Notes under the pieces: model-generated | Database searches by the model: none | Seen by the model: only the letters and a program-made list of their open reading frames with translations | Told to the model about the DNA's origin: nothing | Assembly: GCA_049323155.1 (NCBI GenBank) | Contig: JBMOMG010000164.1 | Span: 28,358-92,357, forward strand | Direction of reading: 5' to 3' | DNA length: 64,000 bases | DNA from: Actinomycetota bacterium | GTDB taxonomy: Bacteria; Actinomycetota; Actinomycetes; Propionibacteriales; Nocardioidaceae | Made by a program: the position numbers and the translations under genes | Part shown: positions 28,519 through 38,882 of the stretch, in pieces | How positions within the stretch are numbered: position 1 is the stretch's first letter | How the letters are laid out: each line of letters begins with the position of its first letter

Positions 28519-29510
28519 AGTGCGTTCTCCTTCGTAGTGGTGGATGCGGCGTCACCCGACACAGAGATGTGCAGGTGGTCCATGTGGAGCGCGGTGGGAT
28601 CCGTGCGACCGTCGGGGTGGCTGTAGCTGCGCCAGGTCGGGTTCGCTGTCGACCAAATGCGGTCGCGCCAGATGAGGTAGGTGATGCCGAACGCGTCGGC
28701 GTTCTCGACGTAGTACGCCGCGACGCGGTCGCCGAACTGCGCACCGGCGGAGGTGTGCCAGTCGTCGATCATGAGGTCCACACCGCGGCCGGTGTAGTGG
28801 TCGGAACCCGCCACGTGCCCGCTCGTGGACAGGCCGCCGATGTTCTTGATGTCGAAGTGGGCCAGGGCGCAGCGCACCACGAGCACGGCGTCATGGGCCA
28901 ACCCCGACTCGACAGCCAGGCCTGATGGCGGGCACCCGCCTGCGACAGTCGAGACACACTCGAAGGCCTCCCCCGTCAGGGTCCTCACCAGGGCCGTCGC
29001 GTCATTGGCCCATCGGCCATAGGCGTCGGGGTACGCACTGCGCTCGACGGCCTGCGCTGCCTCGGCAACGGTCATCAGCTCCCAGCCGTCCACGTCCAGC
29101 AGACCGGGGTTGTCAGGAGGCACATCCGGTCCGCCGTAGAAGGCTGTCGCGGCGTACCTTGTATCGGTGACCTGGGCCAGGCTCCCCCATCCCATCGAGG
29201 GCCGCATCTGGAACAGGCCGGCGCTGTCGCGGTCGCCGTACGGCAGGTTGCGAAGCGAGGACTCCTGCAGTGCCGCGGCGAGTCCAACGACCCAGCCGCG
29301 GGGAGGGACGTTGCGCGCTCTGCCCACCTCGATGATGGTGGCGGCGTTGGTGAGTTGATCCTCGTCGAAGCGCGTGGACGTCTCGCCAGCGGCGTCCGGC
29401 AGACAGAAGGAGCTTGGCCCCGCCACGGACGGGCTGCCCATGAGGACGACCGAGCCGAAGAGGCACCCGGCCAGAGCCGCCGGAAGTCCAAGGAATGCAA
29501 GCCACTTCAT
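28515..29510 (-). CDS. Secreted cell-wall hydrolase (lytic-transglycosylase-like N-domain plus metallopeptidase-like C-domain)
   Basis: Signal peptide MKWLAFLGLPAALAGCLF. LQESSLRNLPYGDRDSAGLFQMRPSMGWG. C-terminal GHVAGSDHYTGRGVDLMIDDW...HMDHLHISV. Confidence 0.7.
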   Translation of the reverse strand: MKWLAFLGLPAALAGCLFGSVVLMGSPSVAGPSSFCLPDAAGETSTRFDEDQLTNAATIIEVGRARNVPPRGWVVGLAAALQESSLRNLPYGDRDSAGLFQMRPSMGWGSLAQVTDTRYAATAFYGGPDVPPDNPGLLDVDGWELMTVAEAAQAVERSAYPDAYGRWANDATALVRTLTGEAFECVSTVAGGCPPSGLAVESGLAHDAVLVVRCALAHFDIKNIGGLSTSGHVAGSDHYTGRGVDLMIDDWHTSAGAQFGDRVAAYYVENADAFGITYLIWRDRIWSTANPTWRSYSHPDGRTDPTALHMDHLHISVSGDAASTTTKENAL

Positions 29511-29825
29511 GGCCGGTCCTCGCGCTGCTTTCCCGAGATCAACTGTCTTCCCGTCATCCCTGATCGGTTCTCCGATCTAGACCCTGTCGCGATTCGGGCG
29601 ACTTCGGGAGCCCCAACCTGCGACCTGTGGATAACCCCGCCCGCCCCTCTCTCTGGTCGGGTCTGGACGGGTGTCGGGCGGGCGAGGTCATCCGCTACCA
29701 GCCAAGAGGGCAGGCAGGGGTTCTAGAAGATGACGGCGGTTGCGCAGGGACAGCACAACAGAGCGGTCGCGCGCAGACGGACCGCGTAGCCCAGCGGCTC
29801 TGGGAAGGTCCGGAGGGTCGGCTCG

Positions 29826-30140
29826 TCAGGAGCCGAAGACGACCACTGGGAGCGTGAGCAGGAGGCAGATGACTGCGAGAGCGAGGATGGCGACCTTGAG
29901 GGGCGGGGCAATCCCGCGGCGACGCCGAAGCTTGAACTGGACCGGGGTCGCCTGTGCCTGGGCGTCTCGCTGGCCGGCGGAGTAGCCGTCGGCGAAGGCC
30001 TGCCGCCGGGTCTCCTCCACGACGCGGTCGTGCTCCTCCTGCCAGACGAACCGACCCTCGATCTCTGTCATCGGGTCGTCGGCGTCCAGGATGATGACGC
30101 GCTCAGGACGTCGTCGAATCTCGTCATCCGATCGAGCCAT
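29826..30140 (-). CDS. Small C-terminally membrane-anchored protein, first gene of the transfer operon
   Basis: 104 aa with a C-terminal TM helix (LKVAILALAVICLLLTLPVVVF). Confidence 0.4.
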   Translation of the reverse strand: MARSDDEIRRRPERVIILDADDPMTEIEGRFVWQEEHDRVVEETRRQAFADGYSAGQRDAQAQATPVQFKLRRRRGIAPPLKVAILALAVICLLLTLPVVVFGS

Positions 30141-30709
30141 GAGGACACCTCCTGCACCTCAGCGAACCACAAGCCGCAGAGAGCGGGAAGACCCTGAGCG
30201 TTTGGCAACCACTTCTGTGCGGATCCCTAAAGAGACCCACACACCTCTTGCAGATGCTCTGACTCGGCAACACCCCCGCACGAGTGAGCCGACCAACAAG
30301 CCGAACAAGAACAGACCCGGCTGGCCCATGTTCTGCCGAAGGTGCACCGTGAGTCACGACTCTTGTCCCTGAGCGTCCCCACTTGCCATGTCGCAGAATT
30401 CGTCGGGTGGGTGGACGATCCTGGCAACGGTGCGGTCGTCGAGGAATCTCACTTGGTCATTGAGACGGCCGAGAGCCATGGGGTCGGTCAAGGGATGCCC
30501 TAGCCGTGTGAGGGGCCTGCCGGGAGGGGGCGCCAGACACCTCCGCAGCGAACGGCGGCGAGGGATGCCGGCAGGTCCGTTCTTCGATCGCTGTTGACCG
30601 CACTCCGGGTGGTCCAAAGACTCGCAGGGCTCGGCTCAGTCAGTACTTCGAATAACTGCCGGTCTCGGAACGCCTGCCAAACGAGGCGAGACCTGCCACC
30701 CTGGAGCTC

Positions 30710-31612
30710 GTGGTCGACCTGTCCGTCGAGCTCTCGAAACGCGAAGCATTGATGCACGCACTCGCGACGGAGTTCGCCCAGAACGCGGTGCTGACGAGCA
30801 AGTGGCTCGAGTGTGTCGACTTCGGCTTCGGACCTGAGCGGGTCAAGGACGTCGGCAAGGGGATCTGGAACCCATCCTCTTACGCCGGCACTCTCACGAT
30901 CGTGAGCGATCCCCGCAGCGAGTACGATGACGGCGATCATGGTGACTCGCTCTATCGATACTCATACGAGAAGCGACCAGCCGGCCAGGACCCGCGAGGC
31001 GGGTCGAACAGCAAGCTCCGCGAAGCGATGCGTCTTGGCCTCCCGCTCGTCATGCTTCGCAAGATTTCCAATGGTCAGTTCGTGCCGGTCATGCCTGTCT
31101 ATGTCGTGAAAGAGGAGCCCGAACATCGGCGCTTCCTCCTCGCGCTTGACGAGAGCCTCCGTTTCCTCCCAGATCCCGCTCATCTCACCGAAGATCAGCG
31201 CCGCTACGTCGAGCGGGTCGTCCGCCAGCGCATGCATCAACCAGAGTTCCGCGCACGGGTGCTCGGAGCTTACGAGCTCAAGTGTGCAGTTTGCGACCTC
31301 AAGAAGACGCCGCTCCTCGACGCCGCACATATCACGGCAGACACTGCACCTAAGGGGGTGCCCGTGGTTACCAACGGACTCGCACTATGCAAGATTCATC
31401 ACGCCGCGTACGACGAGAACATCCTTGGCATCTCACCGGACTATGTCGTGCACATCAACGAAGACGTGCTCACTGAAGTCGATGGCCCGATGCTGAAGTA
31501 CGGCCTGCAACAGATGGACCGGCGGGCGCTCTGGGTACCGCGCCGGGCAGCGCAGCGACCCGCAAAGGATCGTCTCGCGGAGCGGTTCGAAGTGTTCAAA
31601 CACGCCGGCTGA
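30710..31612 (+). CDS. HNH nuclease with SRA/YDG-like N-terminal domain (candidate modification-dependent Type IV restriction enzyme)
   Basis: HNH block: CAVCDLKKTPLLDAAHITADTAPKGVPVVTNGLALCKIHHAAYDENILGISPDY. The N-terminal GIWNPSSYAGTLTIVSDPRSEYDDGDHGDSLYRYSYEKR...LPLVMLRK...VPVMPVYV resembles the SRA pattern. GTG start. Confidence 0.65.
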   Translation: MVDLSVELSKREALMHALATEFAQNAVLTSKWLECVDFGFGPERVKDVGKGIWNPSSYAGTLTIVSDPRSEYDDGDHGDSLYRYSYEKRPAGQDPRGGSNSKLREAMRLGLPLVMLRKISNGQFVPVMPVYVVKEEPEHRRFLLALDESLRFLPDPAHLTEDQRRYVERVVRQRMHQPEFRARVLGAYELKCAVCDLKKTPLLDAAHITADTAPKGVPVVTNGLALCKIHHAAYDENILGISPDYVVHINEDVLTEVDGPMLKYGLQQMDRRALWVPRRAAQRPAKDRLAERFEVFKHAG

Positions 31613-32078
31613 GGGCATCGGAGCGTCGGGCTCTGACAGCATTGATTACGCGCTGAGCGACCTCGTCCGCCGGCTCGTGCTCCCAAGCCCGGAGGACCAA
31701 CCAGCCGCCGCTCTCAAGTACCTGATCTGTGTGGCAATCCCGCTCTCGATTCCGTGCAACCTTCGCGGCCCAGTAATCCGCGTTGGACCTGGCCACCGTG
31801 TGGTGCTCCGGACACCCGTGCCAGAAGCACCCGTCGATGAAGACTGCGATCTTCAGACGCGGAAAGACCATGTCGGCGCGTCGGTTCAGTGATGTCAATG
31901 GCCTGAAGTCGACTCGGTAGCGAAGTCCGGCCGCGTGCACCAGCCGCCGCACGGCAACCTCCGGCTTGGTGTCCCGCCCTCGGTTACCTTGCATCGAGCG
32001 ACGGACCGCGGGAGTCGATGCCCACGATTGAGCAGCCGGAGATCCCACGTCGCCCTTAGGTCCGGGCGACCCTGACAC
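31596..32078 (-). CDS. vsr: Very short patch repair endonuclease
   Basis: RGRDTKPEVAVRRLVHAAGLRYRV...ADMVFPRLKIAVFIDGCFWHGCPEH...NADYWAAKVARNRERD. Start set to GTG 32078, which overlaps the end of the upstream small ORF. Confidence 0.9.
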   Translation of the reverse strand: MSGSPGPKGDVGSPAAQSWASTPAVRRSMQGNRGRDTKPEVAVRRLVHAAGLRYRVDFRPLTSLNRRADMVFPRLKIAVFIDGCFWHGCPEHHTVARSNADYWAAKVARNRERDCHTDQVLESGGWLVLRAWEHEPADEVAQRVINAVRARRSDALSRRV

Positions 32079-32283
32079 CTGGCACTGCGGCGACGATATC
32101 GTCGAGACTGGCAAGCATCCAGAGACCGTCTTCGAACTGGATCTCGAACAAGTCTCGTTCGGCGGGAGGCTTGGACGTCTCCTCAAGCCGGTTGATTGCG
32201 ATGTACTGCCATCCATCGCGCTTCAGTGCCTCAGCGTCGTTCGTTGTGCGTGCGTGGAACGTGCCGATCGGGGCGCTTACCAT
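32056..32283 (-). CDS. Small hypothetical protein (75 aa) translationally coupled to vsr
   Basis: ATG 32283 with GGAGG 10 nt upstream: MVSAPIGTFHARTTNDAEALKRDGWQYIAINRLEE.... Overlaps the vsr start. Confidence 0.45.
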   Translation of the reverse strand: MVSAPIGTFHARTTNDAEALKRDGWQYIAINRLEETSKPPAERDLFEIQFEDGLWMLASLDDIVAAVPGVRVART

Positions 32284-32526
32284 CCTGTCGCCGCCTCCTT
32301 GACGTGCTGGCAAAACCGCTCCGGAGGTCGCCCGGCACACGGAAGGTGCGCCTGCAGCCGTGTGGGAGCCGTGTGCCGCTCATATGACAACCCTACGCGA
32401 TCGTGTTTTGGCTAGAGCGGCCGACGTGACCGGCCGGCGAAACCTCCACGCGAGCCCGGAGATGGTCTATGTCACTGACCAACTCCTCGCGGAACAAACG
32501 TGAGCTCGAAGTTGAGGGGTCATAGG

Positions 32527-35500
32527 TCACGATCCGTCGTAGGCGACCTGGATGCGAACGGTCCCCTCCGCCGTGTGCAGCAGAGCGTCTCCCTGGCCGG
32601 ACAACGACTCGGCACCGGTTTCGTCCAGAACGATTCGGCTATCCGTCGCAGTCTTTACCCGCAGCGCGAGCTGCGCTGGGAAGTTGGACCTGATCGTCGT
32701 GGAGATGACGTCTGCACTCGGACGCTGCGTTGCCGCGATCACGTGAATGCCGGCAGCACGGGCCTTTTGGGTGAGCCGTCGAAGCAGATCCTCGATCGAT
32801 CGCTTGTCCTCTGGATCGCTCGTCAGGTCGGCGTATTCGTCCAGCACGATGACGATCCATGGCTTCTTGTCGGGCGCCTCGACCTTCGCGTTGAATTCGA
32901 CGAGCTTTCGCGCCCGCACGGCCTTCATCGCGCGATAGCGGTCCTCCATCTCGAGGACCGCGGCCTGAAGGATATGGATCGCGTCGTCAGCGTCCATCCC
33001 GATGCTGCCATCGACATGCGGGTCGTCCTCGAAGTCGACAAGTTCAGTGCCCTTGGGGTCCACGAGTTGCAAGCGCACAGAGGCTGGGTCGTAACGGATC
33101 AGTCCCTTGAGGATCGTGTCGAGAGCAACAGACTTACCAGAGCCGGTCGTACCGGCAACCAGGAGGTGCGGCGAATCCGGTGACGAGAATCGGATCACAA
33201 CCGGCTTCCCGGTGATGTCGGCGCCGACTGGCGCCAAGAGGTCGCTCGCGTCGACCGGGCACGACGCCCACAGCGCGGCCGCTGATACGCCGTACTTCTC
33301 GTCCTCGATCTTCGGGATCTCGAACACGACAGCGCCACGGTCATTCCTAGTTCGGATGCTGTACCCCGCCGGCAACCCAAGGGCGAGAAAGACCTCATCG
33401 CGCCGGTTCACCACCTTGTCAACGGTGACACCCGGCCGGGGCACGAAGCGGAGCACGTAGAACCCGGGACCCTCCCGCCACGATTCCCCCGTGTCGGGCG
33501 GGCCGACCTGCACGTTGTGCAGTCCGAAGACGTCGAGGACCTTGTTATAACGACGACGGAGCTCGTCATCGCCAAGGCCTCCGACGCGCAGGACGGGGAG
33601 TTCGCGCTCTTCCTCCCTATCGACAAACACTTCACCGACGTCCGGATGGTACGGGCCAGCCTGGGTTGCGGCCTCGTCAGTCTCGGCTGAAGGGCTACTT
33701 GAGGCGGACTCCTCCTGAGCGTCTGCCACTAACGGCGCAGGGTCGACCTCGAAGCCCTGGAGGGCCACGACATGCTCAGAAGCAGGGTCCGTCTGTGCGC
33801 GGAGCAAGCCGATCACTTCCTGAAGCTCAGGACGGTTCAGGCGAATGAGCGTATGTCTCCCGAGAGCACGCGCAACCGGTGCCGACTCTTCCTGCGCGGC
33901 GGCGGTCGCGACGGCAACACCGTCGACCCGATTGAGGGTCACGTTGCCGGCTCGCAACGCCTCGATCACGCGCGCCTCAAGATCGAGAAGTGCGGGTCCG
34001 ACTCGCCTTCGCGAGGGAAGCTCAGAACCACGGAGTTCCTCGCTGCTGGTTTGCTCGATCGCCGAAGCGAGCTCCTCAAGCCAGAACCTACGGTCATCCG
34101 TCGCCTCTTCGCCGGAGGCGAAAGCCGATCGACAGAGATCGGTTGTGCGGTTCAGTTGCTCCTCCGCAGACCCGTGGTCGTACTCCTGCCTGAACTTCGA
34201 CTCAACAACGAGTACGTCAAGCGAGACCTCCCCACCCTCCTTGAGCGTGAGCAGAAATCGGCCGAGATCCGCTCGTGTCTTTGCGCCCCGACCGAACCAT
34301 CTCTGTTGCTCGTCGAAGCTCAGCCACACGACGAGGGCGCTCGCGTCGTCGGGGACCGGGAAACGCTGCGCGATCACGAAACGCGTTGCGACGAGACCGA
34401 CGATCTCGTTGATGGTGGTGCCGATACCCAGCGACCTCAACACCGCTCCTGGCACCACGTTGCGGCCGACTGAGTACAACCTGGAAGCCGTCGCCTCGGC
34501 CTCGTCTCTCGCTACAACGCCGATATCGGTCAGTCGTCGACGGAGGCGCTTCACGACGAGGTGTCTTCCGGTCTGTGAACTCACGATCAGCGTGTACGCC
34601 TCGTTCTTGCCGACGCCCGGCTTGACGAGAATGACGTCTGGACGATCGTTGAGGTTGTCGATCTGGTCACGACCGATGAAGGAGTCGAGGGTCACGACCC
34701 AGTGCGCGACCTTGTGGAGCGCCAGGAATAGCTGTTGGTGATGGTCGAACTGAACCTGCATCTCAAAATAGTCGGTGTTGCTCTCCTTCTCGCGGGCGAC
34801 AGCCGAGCGTCGGTCGTAGCGGACGCAAAGCGTGGACCAAGTCTCAAGAAGCGCGTCCGGCGAACTCGGAAGGAGTTCGCGGACGACGTTCTCGCTCGAC
34901 TCGGTGAGATCGTGGGCCGCGGCGTGCGTCCATGGGTCGTACCGGCCAGCCAGCGTTGCTGCCGGGTCCCTCGTGCTCGCGTTGAGACTCGTCTGGGTAC
35001 CGAAGAGCGCGGGCGCAAGAGCGATGTCGATCGAGTCCTCCATGCCGCTGAGGTCTGCATCGCTATCAGCGTTCCAAGGCTTCAAAACGAGCTGGACGTC
35101 TGGGAGGAACCGCTCCTCGGTAACGTCAGAGTCGGCGAACTCGGTGTCGAACGCCTGGATGATCCCGTGGTGTGTCTCTCGCGGCGCGAGAACCACCAGG
35201 TCCAAGCGAAGCTTCGGGTTCTTGGCACGTACGCGCTTCGCTACACGCACAGGCAGTACCGAGTCGCCGTTCCTATCGAGCAAGAGGACGGACAGTCCGT
35301 CAAGCTTGTGTGGATAGGTGGACAGGTAGTCGGAAATGACGCGCACCATCTCGTCGATGGCAGTCTCGTCGACCGCGTCGAGCCAGTCACGCGACTCGCT
35401 GCCGCCTCGCCGCACAGGCGCGTATTCCTCGTGCCCGGCCGACTCGCGCACCGGAATCGCGGCCGTCTGGTTTGGTCCCACCACTACTGCCGGCGTGCCG

Positions 35501-37515
35501 TGCGGTGAAACGCGCTCAATTGCGTCGAAGAAGAGATCGCTGTTCTCAGGATTGAGCTTCAACCCATCGGTCAACGCCTTCGAGATCAGGTTCGTGAGCT
35601 GCGCGTAGTGACGAGCCAGCCATCGCAGACGCAATGGGTGCGTTGCGAGCATGGCCAGACGGTGCTCCGTGAGGCGGACGACGTCACTGAGCACGACGTT
35701 GGAAAGGTCAACATCCGGCGCGTTGGCGGGTACGAGCTGCGTTCGGGCGCGGCTCATCACCTGAGCCCACTCATCCACGTACGAATCGATCAGTTCGGCG
35801 TCGACGCCATCGACGATCTCTTCGAAGTGTTTGCGGCGGAGGTGGAACAGTTCGGCCGCAAGCTGCCCTGCGGGAGCATCCACAGAGCGCCCCTGCCAAT
35901 CGCGGGGGTCACTGAACTGATCGAGGAAGGCATCAAAGCTCCCTTCGTAAACCTCCCCTGGCGACGTCTCGAACCCGTTGAGCAACGCCGCAACCGCGAT
36001 TTGACCAGGCGTGGCGAACGGATCCCAGCGGAACCGTCGCTGGGCCCCGCCCTGCATCTCGACGACGATCCGAATCGGCGCCCACGCCTCGGCAGAGTCG
36101 AACGGCTCCTCGTCCGGAGGCAATACCGGAGGCTTGCAGTCCAAGAGGCACGCTTCGACTTCCAGGCCGAGCCTGAGACCGACCGACGCCTGCACGAGCC
36201 TGAGACTCTTCCCGTAAAGGAAAGCGAAGAGCCATCGCGTCCAAGCGCCAGATTCCAGGCTTCCCTCGACTCTGACAGTGACGGTGCCCTCTTCTTCCTC
36301 ATCGAAGTAGGTGAGCTCCCGTAGCAGCGCACGCAGCGGGTCAGGCACGACAAGCGAGTCGGGGAATGCGATCTTCTCTACCCGCCGCCGAAGCGGCTTG
36401 GGCAGCAGGTCAGCGAGTGTTTCCGCATCGCCCGGTGGCTCGGCGGACAAGAACCGCTCCGCTGCATCCTGATCGCTTCGGTCTAGGTTCTCCTCGACGA
36501 GGAGGGCATCGAACTCGTCGAGCCGCCCGCCATCTGCACGCTCGATCGCTTCCCGAATCAGACGTCCGAGTCCGACCTTCGCCGAGCGCTTCTCGAACAG
36601 CTCAAGCCACAGAGGGAGGTCAAGCGCCCGGCGGGAGTCCTCCGTCGACCCGAGCGACATAACCAGGCTTCGCATGTGGGTCTTGGCGTCTTCCAGTGGA
36701 AGGTTCACGCGCTCAAGCCGCGGCGCGGTGAGTTCGGCGGCGTCGATCCGACCAAGAAGATCCTCGTCGGTCAGCAGAGCCCCACTAGGTTGCCGCAGAC
36801 TGCTGACGCGCACGTTCTTCCTGACACGGGCCTCAAGCGCACTCTCTGAAATGAACAGGTCGCTGTCCGGGAACAAGCCAAGGCTGGGAAGCGCGCTGGC
36901 CACAGCCGTCTGGATCACATCGGTCGTGTGCACGGCTGAACGCGCAACGACCGCAGCTGACTCCACGAGATAACGGGCTAGCCGGCGCAGTGAGCGACCT
37001 TCTTCTTCGGTCTCCGAAACCGTGCGCCATATGCGTGTCTGGTAGGCCTCGAGGAGCGCGGGCACCCTGCCTTCACCACCGACTTCGACCCAGGCCTCCT
37101 GCGCAAAGGTCTCAAACCGTCGATCTTGGTCGGAGCCACTCAACAAGAGCGAGCCATCCAGCCGATTTACCGCGGTGAGGCCTTGAGTGTCCGGAGGCAC
37201 TCCCCAGTCGAAGAGCAGGACGGAGGCGCCTTCGCCGGTGACGTTTCGCCAGGCCGTCAACTGCGCCCCAACTTCAAGGAGGTAATCGGCGGGAACGCCT
37301 TCGATTGGCTGGGACGTACCCACCTTCACGATCAAGTGCGGTGCCGTGCCGGTGGCCAGCCGTTCCGCGACTTCCGTCAGGGCGGACTGGACGATGGGCT
37401 TCTCGAATCCGGCGACTCGTAGCGCGGCCCGCGTGCCGTCGGAGCCCTTGGTCACCGAGTTCAGCGCCACCAGAGCAACAAGACGGCCGAGTGTCTTGTC
37501 TGCTGCGTCGATCAT
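32527..37515 (-). CDS. dptH: DptH-like giant protein (1662 aa) with C-terminal FtsK/HerA-type motor ATPase
   Basis: C-terminus has Walker A LLVAGTTGSGKSVALDT, Walker B PWIVIVLDEYADL, and the FtsK-type block HVIAATQRPSADVISTTIRSNFPAQLALRV. ATGA overlap with the DptG-like gene. Size and order fit dptFGH. Confidence 0.7.
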   Translation of the reverse strand: MIDAADKTLGRLVALVALNSVTKGSDGTRAALRVAGFEKPIVQSALTEVAERLATGTAPHLIVKVGTSQPIEGVPADYLLEVGAQLTAWRNVTGEGASVLLFDWGVPPDTQGLTAVNRLDGSLLLSGSDQDRRFETFAQEAWVEVGGEGRVPALLEAYQTRIWRTVSETEEEGRSLRRLARYLVESAAVVARSAVHTTDVIQTAVASALPSLGLFPDSDLFISESALEARVRKNVRVSSLRQPSGALLTDEDLLGRIDAAELTAPRLERVNLPLEDAKTHMRSLVMSLGSTEDSRRALDLPLWLELFEKRSAKVGLGRLIREAIERADGGRLDEFDALLVEENLDRSDQDAAERFLSAEPPGDAETLADLLPKPLRRRVEKIAFPDSLVVPDPLRALLRELTYFDEEEEGTVTVRVEGSLESGAWTRWLFAFLYGKSLRLVQASVGLRLGLEVEACLLDCKPPVLPPDEEPFDSAEAWAPIRIVVEMQGGAQRRFRWDPFATPGQIAVAALLNGFETSPGEVYEGSFDAFLDQFSDPRDWQGRSVDAPAGQLAAELFHLRRKHFEEIVDGVDAELIDSYVDEWAQVMSRARTQLVPANAPDVDLSNVVLSDVVRLTEHRLAMLATHPLRLRWLARHYAQLTNLISKALTDGLKLNPENSDLFFDAIERVSPHGTPAVVVGPNQTAAIPVRESAGHEEYAPVRRGGSESRDWLDAVDETAIDEMVRVISDYLSTYPHKLDGLSVLLLDRNGDSVLPVRVAKRVRAKNPKLRLDLVVLAPRETHHGIIQAFDTEFADSDVTEERFLPDVQLVLKPWNADSDADLSGMEDSIDIALAPALFGTQTSLNASTRDPAATLAGRYDPWTHAAAHDLTESSENVVRELLPSSPDALLETWSTLCVRYDRRSAVAREKESNTDYFEMQVQFDHHQQLFLALHKVAHWVVTLDSFIGRDQIDNLNDRPDVILVKPGVGKNEAYTLIVSSQTGRHLVVKRLRRRLTDIGVVARDEAEATASRLYSVGRNVVPGAVLRSLGIGTTINEIVGLVATRFVIAQRFPVPDDASALVVWLSFDEQQRWFGRGAKTRADLGRFLLTLKEGGEVSLDVLVVESKFRQEYDHGSAEEQLNRTTDLCRSAFASGEEATDDRRFWLEELASAIEQTSSEELRGSELPSRRRVGPALLDLEARVIEALRAGNVTLNRVDGVAVATAAAQEESAPVARALGRHTLIRLNRPELQEVIGLLRAQTDPASEHVVALQGFEVDPAPLVADAQEESASSSPSAETDEAATQAGPYHPDVGEVFVDREEERELPVLRVGGLGDDELRRRYNKVLDVFGLHNVQVGPPDTGESWREGPGFYVLRFVPRPGVTVDKVVNRRDEVFLALGLPAGYSIRTRNDRGAVVFEIPKIEDEKYGVSAAALWASCPVDASDLLAPVGADITGKPVVIRFSSPDSPHLLVAGTTGSGKSVALDTILKGLIRYDPASVRLQLVDPKGTELVDFEDDPHVDGSIGMDADDAIHILQAAVLEMEDRYRAMKAVRARKLVEFNAKVEAPDKKPWIVIVLDEYADLTSDPEDKRSIEDLLRRLTQKARAAGIHVIAATQRPSADVISTTIRSNFPAQLALRVKTATDSRIVLDETGAESLSGQGDALLHTAEGTVRIQVAYDGS

Positions 37516-38882
37516 CGAGGCTCCCCGTGGACGATATTAGTGGCGTCTGAGTAGTGCGTCAGCAGCCCCGTCGCAGCCAGGCGAGATCGGAATGCATCGG
37601 AGTTCCGGGAAAGGACTGACGCATCGACGTCGACCGTCAGGTCGTGCTCGCCGGCGGTTCGGTCGTCGATGATGATCTGGTACTCGTCGTAGAGTCGCGA
37701 GCAGAAGCTGTACAACTCTTCCTCTGTGCCCGGTGCCAGGCTCGCTGAGACGAGCGCTTCAAGCATCGGAGGCTTCATCGTGAAGTGCCGTCGCCCGGTC
37801 GTCGCGTTCAGCGCCCCGACTGCCGCCAGCGTCTCCGAGAAGAAGGAGCGCGGTGAACCCGTTCCCGTGGCACTCGGTGACATGTGGCGGACGTAGCGCT
37901 TCGCCAACGTCTCATTTCCCTCGCTCCGAGCTCTGTCGTGCAGGGACGTCGCGCGCGCGATGATCGCGTTCACGATGTCCTTCCGGAACTCCTCGAGCGC
38001 GTTCTGAGACAGTCGTCGAAGCGGGGTCGCGTCCTTCACGAAGTCGGCAAACACGGTCTCCGGCGGCTTCTCCAACGACCTCCGAGCAAGGTGTAATTGA
38101 TGGCGAGCAAGGCAGTAGGGGGCCCAGTGCATGAGGCTTTCGGTTCGCTTGGAGCGCGGGACGTTGGTGCGCCTGACGATGAAGTGCACGCCGCGTCTTA
38201 AGTGCTCCGGCCATGGGCTGAGGTCCTCGAAGGTCTGGATCTCCGATTCAGACCGGTCCTCGTAAGGCTCGTCATCCTTCGCGTGGTCGTGGCTCCGGAG
38301 CGAGTGCGCGATTTCGCCAAGAGGCGACCCGCTATCCCGCACCAGTTCCAGCAAGCCCTCTTGGGTTCCGGCGCGACGGGGGCCGTCCGCATCTGTTCGA
38401 AGGACCCGATAGGCCCAGGTTCCGCCATCGCGAAATACGTACCGCTCGATGTGCGGCATCTTCGTGCCGCGAGGAAGCCCGGCCTGCCACCGCTCCGCAG
38501 CGTCGTAGTGGATCAACTCGCCCACGAACGGATACAGGTGAGTGTTGTACCAGCTGGGCGACTTTCGGCGGCCAGGAATCTGGACGAGCAGTGATGATGC
38601 CAGGGCCTGGAGAGTGGCCCGGGTGTCCTCGCCGTCGACCGCTGCTTTTTGCGTCTCTTCATCGATCCCGGCGTTGACTGCAACACGGCGCGCAAAGTCG
38701 TGGGACGCCCGAAGGTAGGCCAAAACGGCGGCATCCCCCTTGAGGAGTGCAGATGGGTCGACCTCGTAGACGCCTCGAGCGATGGCGAGTAGCTCTAGCG
38801 AGACGTAGAAGCCGCGACCTTGCTGCTCCAGATTCACGCCAAACAGGTCGTGGACGACCTCGGCTTTCGACCGATCCGCCAT
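37512..38882 (-). CDS. dptG: DptG-like protein (456 aa)
   Basis: Middle gene of an overlapping three-gene operon, of the size expected for DptG. No enzymatic motif recognised. The assignment rests mainly on context. Confidence 0.55.
   Translation of the reverse strand: MADRSKAEVVHDLFGVNLEQQGRGFYVSLELLAIARGVYEVDPSALLKGDAAVLAYLRASHDFARRVAVNAGIDEETQKAAVDGEDTRATLQALASSLLVQIPGRRKSPSWYNTHLYPFVGELIHYDAAERWQAGLPRGTKMPHIERYVFRDGGTWAYRVLRTDADGPRRAGTQEGLLELVRDSGSPLGEIAHSLRSHDHAKDDEPYEDRSESEIQTFEDLSPWPEHLRRGVHFIVRRTNVPRSKRTESLMHWAPYCLARHQLHLARRSLEKPPETVFADFVKDATPLRRLSQNALEEFRKDIVNAIIARATSLHDRARSEGNETLAKRYVRHMSPSATGTGSPRSFFSETLAAVGALNATTGRRHFTMKPPMLEALVSASLAPGTEEELYSFCSRLYDEYQIIIDDRTAGEHDLTVDVDASVLSRNSDAFRSRLAATGLLTHYSDATNIVHGEPR

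Noticed and set aside
30141-30709. Possible small genes or an ncRNA in the 570-bp gap between the transfer operon and the HNH gene (ORFs 30354..30617 and 30500..30940)
   Set aside because: There is no RBS, no motifs, overlapping frames on both strands, and no repeat or stable-structure signature that I could see. It is left unannotated.
30710-31612. The HNH protein as the classical Type II restriction partner of the Dcm methyltransferase
   Set aside because: Not adopted as the primary call because the genes are 9 kb apart, separated by the dptFGH-like operon, and the N-terminal domain looks SRA-like. It cannot be excluded without biochemistry.
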